64,000 nt of DNA, taken from Balanoglossus misakiensis (lineage: Eukaryota; Animalia; Hemichordata). Made by a program: the position numbers and the translations under genes. Shown piece by piece: positions 49,744 through 63,845 of this stretch. The stretch spans positions 5,134,301 through 5,198,300 of the forward strand of contig CM082577.2 of assembly GCA_040954595.2 (NCBI GenBank). Reading direction: 5' to 3'. The notes below the pieces were generated by a model that was not told the DNA's origin, ran no database searches, and was given only the letters and a program-made list of their open reading frames with translations. Within the stretch, counting starts at the first letter, position 1. Each line of letters opens with the position of its first letter.

Positions 49744-50048
49744 TTATAGTTTTGGAATGCTAACGATACTTCTCCTGTACGTAAACTTTTGATCTTTGTT
49801 TTTGTTTTTCTCCTCCTCGGCGGAAGGGCTGTAGATTTCTTGTTTTTTCCAGTGGCGCGCGATCAGCAGGTAGAGGGTGCCGCTGAACGAGCCGCAAAGA
49901 AAGGCGATGGCACAGCAGTAGAAGGACCAGGCGAAACCCACCGTGTCCGCGTAACCGTCCGGATACGGCTCCATCTCCGTCGGCCTCTCGTTTAATCTAT
50001 ACAGCACGGAGACCAAATACAGGCTAATGACGATGGCGTCAAAAATAG
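49744..50048 (-). CDS. PMP22/EMP/claudin-superfamily protein, last exon (TM3, TM4, tail)
   Basis: Reads AIFDAIVISLYLVSV...GFAWSFYCCAIAFLCGSFSGTLYLL...IPKL*, with the (Y/F)(G/A)WSF motif. ttcag acceptor. Confidence 0.85.
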
Positions 50049-50397
50049 CTGAAACGGCAAGAAAACGGGGGCATTAGACTCTAGGTAAGTTTACATCGTC
50101 AGAATGTGACAGATCAGAGGAGTGTTTGGATAATTTAGCCTTTCCACCCCCATTTCTTTGTGGAGTGGTACAGCACTGCTATTGAGAACAGGGGTGTTGG
50201 AACCAACCATTCTGGTGAAAAGGGTACATCTTGGTTCACTACTGTGTCCCCTGCCGGCCTGCACTCTGATTTTCAGTTGTTGACATACAGGGTAATTACA
50301 GCGGGAGTTAGAACCAACCTACAGCTTAGCCAAACTGCAGCTTATAATGAGGTGCCATGCAGTAAACCAATTCCTGCACAGAACGATGTCAACTCAC

Positions 50398-50535
50398 CGG
50401 CAAAAGAGAACATCAGCCCACAATCTGTAAAAAGCGACGACTTCATCTGCCAGCAAGCCTGGAATCCAGACAGCACTCCGAACACTTGCAACACGATGCA
50501 GATGCAGGCCAGACTGGCCGACAAGACTTCACAAT
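50398..50535 (-). CDS. Claudin-superfamily exon (TM2)
   Basis: Reads CEVLSASLACICIVLQVFGVLSGFQACWQMKSSLFTDCGLMFSFA. tgcag/gtgagt borders, phase 1-1. Confidence 0.85.
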
Positions 50536-50736
50536 CTGCAGGGGGAAAAGATTTGGATGATTGGCCAGGGTTCTTTGGACGCAGGCTTTGTAGCAATTTC
50601 TTGTGACAACACTAGATGAGTTTGATAAATTTGCATCTTGCCAGGTGGAAATTGTTCTCCATTAATTGTCATGTTTCAGGAAGTATGACATGTTTCATGA
50701 CATAAAGAGTTCAACTGATTCTGGAGAAATACTTAC

Positions 50737-50814
50737 AGAAGACCACAGTATCATAGGAAGTACTGACTTCTCCTTGTTTAAAACTGACTCTTGAGCATAT
50801 CACATGGCGGTCAT
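50737..50814 (-). CDS. Claudin-superfamily exon (second ECL1 Cys)
   Basis: Reads DRHVICSRVSFKQGEVSTSYDTVVF. ttcag/gtaagt borders, 78 nt, phase 1-1. Confidence 0.78.
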
Positions 50815-53800
50815 CTGAAAGCAAAAAGCAAAACAACACTGGTGTTTAGTGCCTGTTTGGGTGACACTAGTTAAACCACACAAAAGTTCCAGCACTGGAA
50901 CATCTTATTACTATCTATACAGTCTTGCCAGATACAAATCACAGTTAAGTGATCAATGCAAACTGTCTGTGGGTAATAAAATAAATAAATAAAAGTGGTC
51001 AGAAAATCTTTGGTTCTGCTATAACAAAGTTACCTCCTGGAACAAAGACAAAATATTATAATAGCAAAATGTGTAATAACCTAAGGGGTCATATTTGCTG
51101 TACTTAAATTGCAAGTGTCTCCACTAAAAGCAGACACACAAAAGTATTTTTTTCAACAAAAAATAATTCTTTGCTTGTAAACTGTTAGGAACTCTTGAGA
51201 TGGTTTAATGCAGAACAGAGTCTGTGTGATTGACAGCTCAGCGATAATGACAACGTCAGTTCTACACTTCAAGTATCTGATAAGTTGCTACGACGATGAC
51301 ACGTGAATATGTACTTGAAGAGCTGCAGATCACGAAAGGATCGAAAGAAGTAGGTCTTACAAGCACAGTGAGGTTTGATAGAAGTTAGTAATCAAGTTAA
51401 ATTAAATATTTAATGGTGAAATGACCGCTTGTATACAGTTATGCCGGTTTACATTATACAGTGTTCTCCCCAGGAATTTATTATAGCATAGTGGCTAATT
51501 TGCATAACACTAGAAGTAATGTTTATGTTATGAAGTTCTATTGTTTTAACCAAAATTCAAAGAACGACGGTTGCCATGTTTCAATTGCTCTGGGATGAAT
51601 ACAGGAATATTTCAATGTCAACTTCAATTCTTCACAACATGTATTATGGATATCCTTGATGTCATAAAAATTATACTTCAAATTCCGATGCTATCAAAGA
51701 AGTACTCGGGTTTAACTTGAAAGGGGGGTTGAAGGGGAAATTATTTTCTTCTGTGTGGCTGAAAGATCTTGACAATACATGCTGACTGTCTGCCACAAGA
51801 ATGCTACATGTATGCCATGTAAAAATCCACATTAATCGACGTCCGCTTGTCAGCAATGTATAACATTTCAGCCTGACGACAAGAAAAGTCACTCGACTGA
51901 GTAATCTCATGAAAACAGGCAGGTAATATAAATCGAAACACAATATCTCTGAGTACAAAATGAAAATCCCGCTGACGTGGGGGGTGATTATTCTGAGCGA
52001 TCTACTGGCATTCAGGGAGTATTTCTCATTTCATCAGAACCGTCTACATGAAATGCCCCGGCCATGATTAGGTTGACCCCAGCTGCGATGAGGCACATTT
52101 ACATACAAATAGATCTTTCAATAATAATTGCCCTCTGAACGTGAATATTTTATGAATCAGCGTGGAGGGCAGGCAGCTTCTTCACTATTTCCTCTGGGAA
52201 CATTGTCAATGAAAATGGTGAAAATGCTGGTTGGTTGGAAACCATTGAAGAGCCATGCCATGGTTATGCATGTACATGTAGGTGGTGCTCTATTTATAGT
52301 ACCGCAGCCATATACAGGTGGATTTTTGGTCTCGCATCAGGTACCTCATGGAGATGATGATGACTTATGCGACAAGGCCAGTGTTGTCTAAAAGTTTTTG
52401 AGATATTTTCTATGAAAGAGTCCAAAATGACTTAATTGGTGAAGGTTTGAGATACAGTGGTTCCGATGACGGAGCCTAAAATGAGTTTTTCTGTGATATA
52501 TTTTACGATATATTTTAAATAAATAATACTGCTCAAAAGAGTTGAACACATCACCCACACAAAAATAAAAGGCAATGACCTAAGTGTATGCTGTGCATAG
52601 CCACATACTAAAATGGGCATGTAGCTAAGGCGAATCCATTAATATTATAAGCCATAATGTGCATTCTGACTGACAGAATTCAGTATGGGATTTAGCCATT
52701 GCAATATATTGCCCATCATACCGTCTGGTTCCTTAATAGCGCTATTCCCATCAGCTTGTTAAGTTGTCAGAATTATTGCGCATGTGTGCACTGAAATGTT
52801 GAGACCCAAATGAACTGTGATATACATGTATCATATGAAGGCTGACATCCTACATTTCAACATGCATGATTGTTTGTATCTAATACAAGAACAATTACCC
52901 AAATACACATACTCTAATTGGTATATCAGTTATTAACATTGGCATATTACATGGAAAGAATTGTAAATCAGATATGCTAATTTAGCAATAGATTTGTCTC
53001 ATATGATGTCTTCTAATAAACATGCCTGCAACACTGCTGGAGAATGAATTTCAGAAAATAAGCAGCACCTTCAGTTTCATTCGCTATTCCATTCTGGCTT
53101 GATCTCACTGAATGTATTTGCAGAGCCTATTTACATGTACATGTACCTAGTTGTGTTGTGGCCATACTGATCAGTGATAATCAGAATGATTTGTAGTATC
53201 ACAGACAGTAATACATCACTCAGATGTGTGCCAAGTACGAGATCTGACAGTGTAAAGTGCATGTTTCGTGGCAAATCTACGGCAGCAAAATGCTTGGCAC
53301 GACACACTTCACAAAAAAATATCCTTCAAATGGATGTTGCCAAAAGGAGATTTGTTTTGCAGCATCTCTTCTGTGTCTTGTCACACGGGATTCAGAGAAA
53401 AACAGGACCGGTCCCAGCAAGGAGGCAACAATGGCAGATGGAACATCATCCTGCCCAACAGAAATGAACATTTACAATCATGAAAAGTACTCCCATTAAA
53501 TCAAAATGGAATTATTGGCTCACTAACATGCAACTCCCAGCGATCTGTTATTGTATGTTTTCATGTACATGCTATCGCGTTTCAAAGATTTAAACAATTT
53601 AAACGGCAGGGATTAAACTATTTGTGCCATCTGACATCAAGATGAAACTGATCCCCAGTTGTATTGACGGAACATTTTTCTCCCTTTTTTAATCGGTAGA
53701 AATGTTTTAAGCAGATTGACATGGCAACAAATCAGGCAAGCCTCAGGAAATGCATTTAATCAGTCTGTAAGCCTAAGATGGACGCCTACACAGCCATTAG

Positions 53801-56094
53801 GGACCGACAAAAAAAACCCATATCAATACAACATATCCCTTTTGATGTATTGATGAATAATCTTCCCCACTTTCTTATTATTAAAGTATAAATTTCTAAT
53901 GCGGTCTCACATTTCTGTGCTGTACAATCACTGTGGCAAAGGTCGTTCGATCGATCTAGATGAACATCTGCAACTGAAGTACAACATTCAGGTATCGCTT
54001 TTCTTCTCCATGAAGAAATTTTATTTCTCTAACAATGGCGACGAGGAGCCACTGCCTGAAAACCTGTACAGAATTTATGAGTCTGAAAACCAAGATGGCC
54101 GACAGTTTATTTCCTTCTGTAGCTTCGAACACAAAATGGGTGAACATGACTGATACCCCAAACCACTCAACCACTCAGCCATATTTGACATGTAAATGAA
54201 AAAAGAAAACATGCCTCAAAGAAAAAGTACTTTTGCATTTCCTGCCAGTTGCTGACTTTATCAATAATTATACCAGTGAGTATTGATTCTCAACCTGATT
54301 ATGCAATCGCCGACATCAGAAATGCAGGAAACTGTCATTTAAATTTGCCACTGTTACCTTTACCCCTAATTCCCTACAAAATGTAAGCTTAAAGCCGAGC
54401 TGGCATCCACGCAGGAATTTAATTTCCTTTGTAAGTAATTTCCTCGTGTCTTCCCTAGGTAGACTGTATTATAAATAAACCTCTTTAATGCATAAGCGCA
54501 ACACGTGCTGAATATATTTGCTGGCAAAGAAGCATGCAAACCATCGCGACAGAGAATCGAAGATCCCATGGAAGTCTTAGGCCTCCCGCCAGAACGCCCC
54601 TGTTGATACACTGGAGGAATGCATCACGGGGTTCAACAGACACACATACCTCTGAACCTGTCAGAGATGACCGTCTCCCTGCAATTTATTCTCCGCAATG
54701 AATCCTTTCTTAGATACCTCATATACCGCAAAGACCTCGCCTGAGTTGATGAATAATGCATTACGGTGTGCCACCTTGACAAATGCATCAATTACTGTGT
54801 CTTGCATGTCAAGGCATACTGTTCCATGGGTTTTTTTTCTCACTCTTCAATGGTGAAAATGGGAAATTATTTCACTAGTCAGCCACTACAGGTTCGGTAT
54901 ATAATTTTGATGCTAGTTAAGTACTAGTATATGAGCGCAAAAAAATGAAAGACAAATAACTCAGCTGCTGACGAAAGACTCAAAATCAATTGGCTGTGAA
55001 AAGAACCATGGACAGCTACTGTATTTCCTTTCTGGAATGGGCATCGTCAATGCTTTTGATTGATTGCTTCTCCGTACCGATGACGTGCAATAAATGTACG
55101 TATATCAAGATGCATACAATATTTGTGGAGCCCAGAATGTAATGGGTTAATTAAAAAGCAGCTCGATGATACGTCTGTCTGACTGCCCGTGTCATGTGCG
55201 AGAGTACAAACAAAATATTTGCTTCTCCTCATAAAATGCGTTGAGTCGATCGCTACCTCCCAAGCATACTGATCAACCTCGGTTCTCTGGAAACTATTAC
55301 CAATTCAAATGGTGTCATTATGGATCATAGCTCTGTCTGTTAGCAATCACTGGCTCAGGGTCAGATCGGGACAATAACTCTGCCACTTCAAGAAATAGTG
55401 TCATTCCCTGCGTTAAAAAATAACAACCCTCGCAAGGGAACAGAAATAAAAAAAATTACAGGGTCAACCGCTCATACACATATTACTGCGTCCACAATTA
55501 CATTTCGATTTTAAAATGAAACTCTTGACTTTCAATTTAGAGCTGATTGCCACATTTCCATCAAGATTATCATTTAAATATTATAACCAAATAAATAGTT
55601 AATGGAACTATAATTTTGCATATGACTCACTAGGACGTTTGAACTTTGACTTTCGAAGTGATCGTTCTGTAGATTTTGATCAAAACAACAGTTTACATTT
55701 CCATAAATTACGTCTCCAAGTAACAGTCACATGATCTATATACTGTTGCCAGTTGCCTTTTGTCCCCGATTCTTCCATGGACTCTTGCAACAACAGCTCT
55801 CAGGTAGAGAATCAACAATGAACTCCATGACAGCTAGGCTAGGGGGTTACATCCACTGCTATTTGCTTTTAATAGCCTGGATGAGTTCTTCGCCACCACA
55901 ACATCCACACTGATGTAGAAATATACTGGTATCAGGACAGACTGTGCATTCTAAATATGGCATTGGCCAGACACATTCTCATGTTAAAATTAACCTACAA
56001 GCATTATGTATGCAACCATTAGGTTAAAATTCGTTCATTGTAGCCTATTTGAATATTTTTTTACAAACCAAATGGTTGTAATTCATGGAAGTTT

Positions 56095-56275
56095 CTTAAG
56101 GTAGCATGTACCTCAAAAATCAGTCTGGAACTCTCTCTTATATTTTGCTCAAGTTAACATTATACTTTTCTCTGTTAAAATTGACACTGAAAACTAGATG
56201 TCATAGTGCAGAAATTTTGAATGAAACTGCAAAACTGTCTCAAAATTGAAATTCAATATGGCCGCCAATATTAGG
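56095..56275 (+). mobile_element. Possible degenerate TTAA-specific (Kolobok-like) MITE fragment
   Basis: Begins TTAA-GGTAGCATGTACCTC and has an internal tgaaattcaatatggccgcc. No matching right TIR was seen. Confidence 0.3.
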
Positions 56276-58296
56276 TTTAAGATGTCATGCACATGTACAT
56301 TGCATACTACCGGTATATTTTATTTACATGGGTTACAGTTAGACCGCTTTATTTGATTGATACATACACACAAATTTCTCTTCATTTCAACAAGCTGTGA
56401 TAAATACATGATACACTATATGAACCATCAAATTAAGTATATATTCATTGTTCAGCCAGTCACATCAACCATTTTTAATTATCACTTTCACTTTAAACTT
56501 AATTGATTTACTGGTACACCACCACACCCATAACCACATGGGTAACCATAGTTATTCAAAATCCCAAAATGCAGTTTCCATTTAAAGACACTGGCTCACG
56601 AATTTTCAGATTATCAATTGTTTTTCACATAGAATTATATAAATACCCATTGTTCATCTAACAATGGCCCTATTTTACAGGTATTTTCATGACTAACAAT
56701 GCAAACAATGCTGTCATTCATATTCATGTATGTAAAGACGCCTGAAGCATTAATAAATTCTATAAAATATGATCCTGTACATATAATCATGTAAAACACC
56801 AGCATGGCGGGCAGCAAGGTTAAATGTTACATCCTGAGAATGTTAAATGAATTGTAACTAGGAAATGAATTATCGCTTCTATGACACGTGACTTGGTTGG
56901 ATTTTTTTATTACAGTTTCACCTTGTAAATTTATGTATTCATTAACCATTTTCTCATTACACATTTTGATATGATTCAGATACAGCAGATATCGCTTGCC
57001 ATTTTTCGATTTTGCTAATTGTGTCATTCTGTAGTTGATTTCGTGAAAAATTGAAAAAAGATGTAAATCCATATAATTATCATCTGATGGTTCAGAAACT
57101 CGAATCGTGGGTGCATACATTGTATTTGCTACAGTGAAGTACATACATGTACATGTACATATTATGCCTACATTGTGCTTCCTTCTGATTTCTACAGCTG
57201 TACAGCCAAGGAAGATTAGGAACGAAAACAATTATTCTTGTGATTTTCTTATAAACGTCACACCGTTACCTGACTTGCATCTGATAATAATCTTGTTATC
57301 TTTTGCATCAACTGGCTGAACAAATTACGTGTACTGTAATTTCTGCAGGCCGTGACGCTTGTAAGATTAGAATTTCTTTCTCTTTGACAGTTTATACACT
57401 GCTGTTCTATTGGGAGCCACACCTGCCGGGTATGCATTAGCGGAATACAGCTCGTAATCCAGCAGTTTACACCAACTGCACTATGGGTCTGTTGGTAGCA
57501 AAGATGTCTAGCGGGAATGTCAGAAAATACTGCCGTATTACATTACTGTGTGTTGTGGCCTGGAAAACATGGGAGGGTCAGTTTACATGTACATGTAATG
57601 CTCAAAAATAGGCAAATGCATACAGCTACATTGAATATGCAGAACTGAGGGGGAAACAGTATAAAAATGCATGAAACTCTGTTTTACTTTTTAAATCCGG
57701 TATTTGCGATGCGTGAAATACGAATTTCAACATGTTCCAACTGGATGAACGTATTAGTTACCTGCACGTTTGTCCTTGAACTATAGGGCAATTATAATGG
57801 TTAGCTTCTTGCCGGCCAATTGCCCGAATTATAACTCAATTGTCTGCTATGCACAGCATTTGAAATGCATGGAAATGAGTTAGGCACAAGTAGTTGATTG
57901 AGTGTGAGTGAATGTACATGTACGGTCCCAGGCTGTGAATGGGAAAATTAGTTCCTGTCATGACACTAAACAGGCCATACATGTACAGATAGGCCGGCAG
58001 CTCAACAGAAAAAAACGATATGTGCTGCATATGGATGATTGAACAGTCAGTGTTACAGATGTCTGCTCTGTTATGTAAATATTTGACTGTGGACTTCTAG
58101 TTTGTCGTTTTTATGCCCAGTATATTTCTTCTTTGCTGTAGTGCAGTGCAAATTAAATTATTAAGAAATTACAGGGCAATTTCAGATACCATAGCAACGC
58201 TGCGCGATTACTTTGCGCTGATACATGTACGGAGGCAGTCTTGATTTCTATTTCTGCAATGGTTACAAAACGAGACATCATCGCATCAGGAATTGT

Positions 58297-60188
58297 ACTT
58301 TCAATTTATGTTTGTTGAAAGGAGAAACCCTAATGAATAATAAGAAGTAGGTTGGGCAGTCGTTGATAAGTTGGCTGTCTCCAAATGCACGGTCGCACAT
58401 GCATGTTAAATATTAGAATAATGAGACAGACTGCCATTTCCCGAATATTCATTTCTATGTGGCTACTGCATTCACATCACATCACGGCAATCAATCTCTG
58501 TCAGGGACACCCCCAGTTCTCCGAAAATTGCCTCTGCTGATCAGAATTTAAACATCACTTGAAAAATCTGATCGGCGAACGATATCTGCTACATATAAAT
58601 ATTATAACGCACAAAATGTGATAAAAGATGTGCATTCAAGTCTGATTATTCTGATTTCATAACGTGATAACGGCTCACTGGATTTGATATCAAACATTAT
58701 GTCCAGTTTCTGTAAGTCAATTACTAACTGATTGGAGAAACCACAAGAATATAGCGCGGCACGATAATTCAATTATGGATACTACAACAAATATTGACTA
58801 CTATGCGTGGATTATGAAAATCGAATCAATATATTTCGTCGTTCTTTTCTAGCCATTCTTGTCAGCAGAATAGTAATGTTATTAGACAAAGTCTACCCTG
58901 GTCAGAAATTACCATGCAGCCAGACAATGTGCTGAGTTGAGGATTTTACATTAGTGAGACGTGGCAATGGCACGTACATGTACATGGGCTTGAAAGTGAT
59001 AGTGGGTATGTGAAATGAATATCAAATGAGCACGCGTAAATCAGATTATTACTGCCAGTTTTCAAATCACACACCAAAAGGTTTCTAGCAAATGCGCTCT
59101 TTTTTGTTGTGCTGAAGTGTCTCAAGATAAATTTGTAGAATACACAAAAATTTTGGGTGAAAGTACTTGTAGTGGCGGCCATCTTTACTGTGGAACCGAC
59201 CATAAAGATGGCCACAGTTACATGTACTGAACCTGTTTATAATGAATTTTCCTGTGTGAATTTTTTTATAAATTTTTTATTAATATTACATATGTGTTTG
59301 ATTCAGCTGCTGACCTGACAAACGACTTTTGAATCCATGATTAATAGTTACACTCATTTGCATATGGGTCATGTGATACGGATTACAGACTGAAAGTGAC
59401 ACAACTGCCAGTATTAGTCACCTTGACAATTAATGGATGATTAATGTGCAATCAATGTATGCAAATCGTTAAAGCTCTAGTAGCCGCTGGTCGGGAAAGT
59501 AGTTATGCTATAAATTGTACTATTATTGAAAATGATCTCTTCAGGTACTGTAAACAGGGTTCTCCCCAGATTGGACAATTGGTAGGTAGTATTGGTAGGT
59601 TGGGGAACATTCAATTTGGTAAATGATTCTGCTTCTGTTACCCATCACGACTGCATTGATATACCAAGGGAGCCCCGGTAACACTAACAGTTACCTGGGT
59701 ACGGCCCTTTAATAGAAACACTGCACTGTACGCCACACTCTATATGATCTGAGTGAAAACGCATTTACACAGAACACATGGACCTGCCAACATTCCATTC
59801 AATGAGTCTTGATCGTTAACAGGCATTCATAATGCACGGCTTCACTGTCCCGGACAACAGATGCCACACATAACCGCGAGTACCATCTGGGTTTCACGAT
59901 AAAAAAAGCGAACACAGAGCTTCATATACCACCAACCCATTAAGCGCACACACAATTTGATTTTTGCCGTATTTACACGCCTAGTCTAGACTGATCACTT
60001 GCAATTAAATGGCAGCATAACGCTGCGTCCATCACCCAGAAAGCTACTTGGCCCGGACTATTGAATGCAGAGCAGGTGTTTTTCCACGCGAGCGTTTGAG
60101 TTATCGCACACACATCTATTGACGACTGCCCAACCTACTTCTTATTATTCATTAGGGTTTCTCCTTTCAACAAACATAAATTGAAAGT
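58297..60188. repeat. Perfect 67-bp inverted repeat pair (58297-58363 and 60122-60188)
   Basis: actttcaatttatgtttgttgaaaggagaaaccctaatgaataataagaagtaggttgggcagtcgt and its exact reverse complement. Confidence 0.92.
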
Positions 60189-63013
60189 CAATTTCTATTT
60201 ATTAGCCTCTTCTACGTTTTATTATTTGACTCTTAGAGGTTTTTCCACAAATTATTCCCTCACTGTATATGTACATTCCATCCTACGTGATGTGCCCAAA
60301 CAAATCTCTCCGATTTTCCTTTATTAAACCAGTAAAATTATCACTCATTGCCTCCACATACACATGTTTTCAATTTCTAATTGAAATTTCTGTCCATCCT
60401 GTTCATCAAACGCCATTTCCAAGAAATCTACAAAAGGCAATTCAAGAAGACACTTTCGGGTCAAAACCCGACACTAATTGACAAGGACGAAAGGGGGGGG
60501 GGGGGGGGGGGGGACGTTATTACGCACTCTGTAATCTTGAATAAATACAGTGAATTCCTCAATCCGCATCCATTTACCTGGGGATAACATTACAATCTGA
60601 AGAGAGGATTTGGCTCAGAATATATAATATTACACCTGACAGCTCGCACAAATTTAAGCTGGATAAACGTGCCACTGCTGCGGGGGCTGGTAATTTGTTT
60701 TCAGTTGGTGCGATGAGTAACCATTACCATATGAGCCGTGCAGAAAAAAACACAAATATCAGAGTGCAGTCCAGAAATAGATTTGACACATGTATGCTTA
60801 TGTACCATCTGTATATTGTATAATTGGGATTCGGAAGATGAACTTTTTTATCACAGATGTCCTTTATATATTCTGATGATGGGGAAAAACGAAATCCAAC
60901 ATCTCTATGAACTGGGCAATATTTTTTTCACTCAGTCAATGAAATTCCATTCATTTGGAGTTTTACTACACAGACACATGTACATGGAAACTGAATCAGT
61001 GAATGACAAAATTCAGCTTATAACAATGTTGTGACATGCTTGTTTTCAAAAAATATAAAATGAGTGAAATGACAGAGTAATTAATTATAGACAGCATACT
61101 CGTGATCACTAAAACCTCTGGTTCACTATATCATTTTGAAAATCTATCAACATGTTCGCTATAACAATGACAAAACTGTTTTGCCTCGTAGAATGATTGC
61201 ATGCAATATAAAATATCATATTCGCCCAGAGGATGTCCGTATACTTGAAGCATACTTGATAAGTACATCTGTATGCTGGAATTTTGCCCGAGGGACAGGG
61301 AGAGAAACACCCGTTCAGAAGGAAGCCAAGTCTGTCCGTTGAATGTAAAGATGCCGTATGATAGGGCAGAGAAGACCACAAAACGACTTAATTACTTGAT
61401 TGATAACGCTGTCAGCAAGGGAGGCCAGAATGAGGTAAACAAGTGTGAACAGAAGTGTTGAGTTCCATCATGTAAATAGGATATTTTTAACCGTCCGAGA
61501 TAGGAGGGGGGGGGGGGGAGGGTCAGATGATATGCTAAACGAGTCCTGAATTAAATAATGTCACCATCGCAAGAAACCAAATTTTTGTAATTTCAAAGAT
61601 GTAACAACTGCAAGACTGCACCTAGCCATGAACTAATATCACAAATTGACTGCTGCTATTAAACATTTGGTGGCAGTTTTAATCTTCGGCTGCCAAGAAA
61701 TTTTAATTAAGTGCATCGCTTACCACGAGGACAGCGATTATTTCAACATCACACACACAGTGTAGAATGCTTGTCAGTAACACAAAAAAATATGCAGGGC
61801 TCACTTTCATTTTGGTTTCTGATAATTTTCCAAAATAGGTTTGCTTTTAAGACTACATGTACGCTCGTATAATAATTCCCCAATTACTACGGTATCATTA
61901 TTTTTGTACAACTACAAGTATCATCTTTCTACATATCCATGTCATAACGAGCATCAGCCCGTTCAAAAGTACACTCCGATAAAAACCATGAAACTGGGTT
62001 CACCTACTAACTACAGTAGACCAGCAATGGCCATGAAGACAGGAAATTTATGTGAGAGGTGTGACATGAATAACAAAACAGGTGTTTCTCATCCGAGACG
62101 CTGCATTATCATACGGAGTCCTGAAGGTATCACCTTCTTGAATTATTAATTTCTATTTCCTTGAACAGAAGACAAACGGGTGTGTCTCTTTCAAACTGGG
62201 CAAAATTCAATAAAGACAAGGCGTTAAGAAAAAACATTATTTTTTGTTAATATTGTTGACATTTCTGTCTACTGACATTTTCGTTGAAATCAACACAATA
62301 TCAACACCCTGCATACGACAGTTGTCTGTAACAACACGGGTATTTTGACATCAATTTTCATCATTTTATTGGGTCATTTTCGCAATTCAATGTGCTTTAC
62401 AAACAATGTCTGTTTGTCACGCAATATTGTTTCAACTGTGACCTGTTGAATCCAGAAGCTATAAATCTCTCTTGGAAACGGCGCAGGTGATGATGCCATT
62501 TTTCTTCATGCAAATTTGACTACCGTACTCTGTACACAGTGAATAGTATACACAGTGTATGTTTGGCCACAAACCCTGGGTATATTTGACTTTATGGTTG
62601 TTTGATGTGCCCTGCTGTACATGTAGCTATCATAGTGACTGATAATGTGTTGACATTTAGGCCATACAAGGTGTCTACCAGAGTGTAACAGGAAGCAACG
62701 GCAAGCATTTATAATAACGATGACTGGAATATAAAAATATTTGCCACAAGGCATGATTTCTTTTCCTCCTACTCTTCCCAGTTCCGAGATGAGGCCCCAG
62801 GCCAAGCAAATAAAACCAGAACAATTGCGATATTTTTCAAGTTTAACCTGACATATGCTAATTTTTACCTGTTGACCCTAAACTTTTTAGTACCACCTAT
62901 TAATTGTTTATAAACTTTAAAAAAATCAATTAGTTGAATAAATGGAAAAAAAATGCTGACCTACATATCCTACACATTTGTTGTTGTTTGGCTTTAGAAA
63001 CAGTCAATAGCAT

Positions 63014-63056
63014 TCAATGAATCAATCAATCAAAACTATTTAAAAAGTGCCAATAT
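63014..63056 (-). mobile_element. Degenerate L2-like 3' tail
   Basis: Minus strand attggcactttttaaatagttttgattgattgatt resembles the tail of the 8293-8433 element. Confidence 0.35.
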
Positions 63057-63845
63057 CAATAAGTTCCTAGCTATTGCATACATGTACTGTGCTGTGCCAT
63101 CATTCTTCATGTTGGTAATGTGTACATGTACATATCCTTGTTTCATAAACATTTCCATGAACTATTAAATTTTAATAATTTATGAAAGGTTCTCTTTTTT
63201 AAATATAACTTAAAAATTTATATTCCCAATTTTCGAAAATTCAACCTTTTCTGTATTCAGCAGCCTGCAGTCTCACTGTCTGAGTGCGACTTTTCACCCA
63301 CTACACTTGATACTGTTCAAACTTACACAAAATTAAAATGCAACACAAGGAAAAAATAGCATGCCAGTAAAGTGGATCACGTTGATAACCTGCGAGAATA
63401 ATCGATAATTCATTGTGTAATATTGATCACTGCGATAAAAATATACAATTCTTGATTGACAATGCATATTCACTAAACATGCTAAAAGTGAATCATCCCT
63501 TTGTGAAGAGAAGTACATGTAAACTATGCTGATTCTGCTAGAAGTTCGATAATATTATTAAATACCGTGACGTGAGATCTGAGGGAGAACAAGGTACGCC
63601 TCGACAACTTCGGACAGTTCGAGCGCCCTTGATACGGAACGCGTCGTTCAGTGCTCAGCTGACAAAAGCAAATACTTTCAGCAAATAAACAAATAGAAAA
63701 GTTACCTCTGTCATATGGCGATCTCACACGATATGGTATCCTCATCATCATATCATTTTACAGGCCATTGGCATTCATGATTCTAACTTCAATATTTCCA
63801 AACGATGAAGATATAAACTTTCTACGCCGATCGAACTCAACTTAC

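Noticed and set aside
50160-50606. 148-aa plus-strand ORF
   Set aside because: Antisense to a claudin-like exon and its introns, with no independent support.
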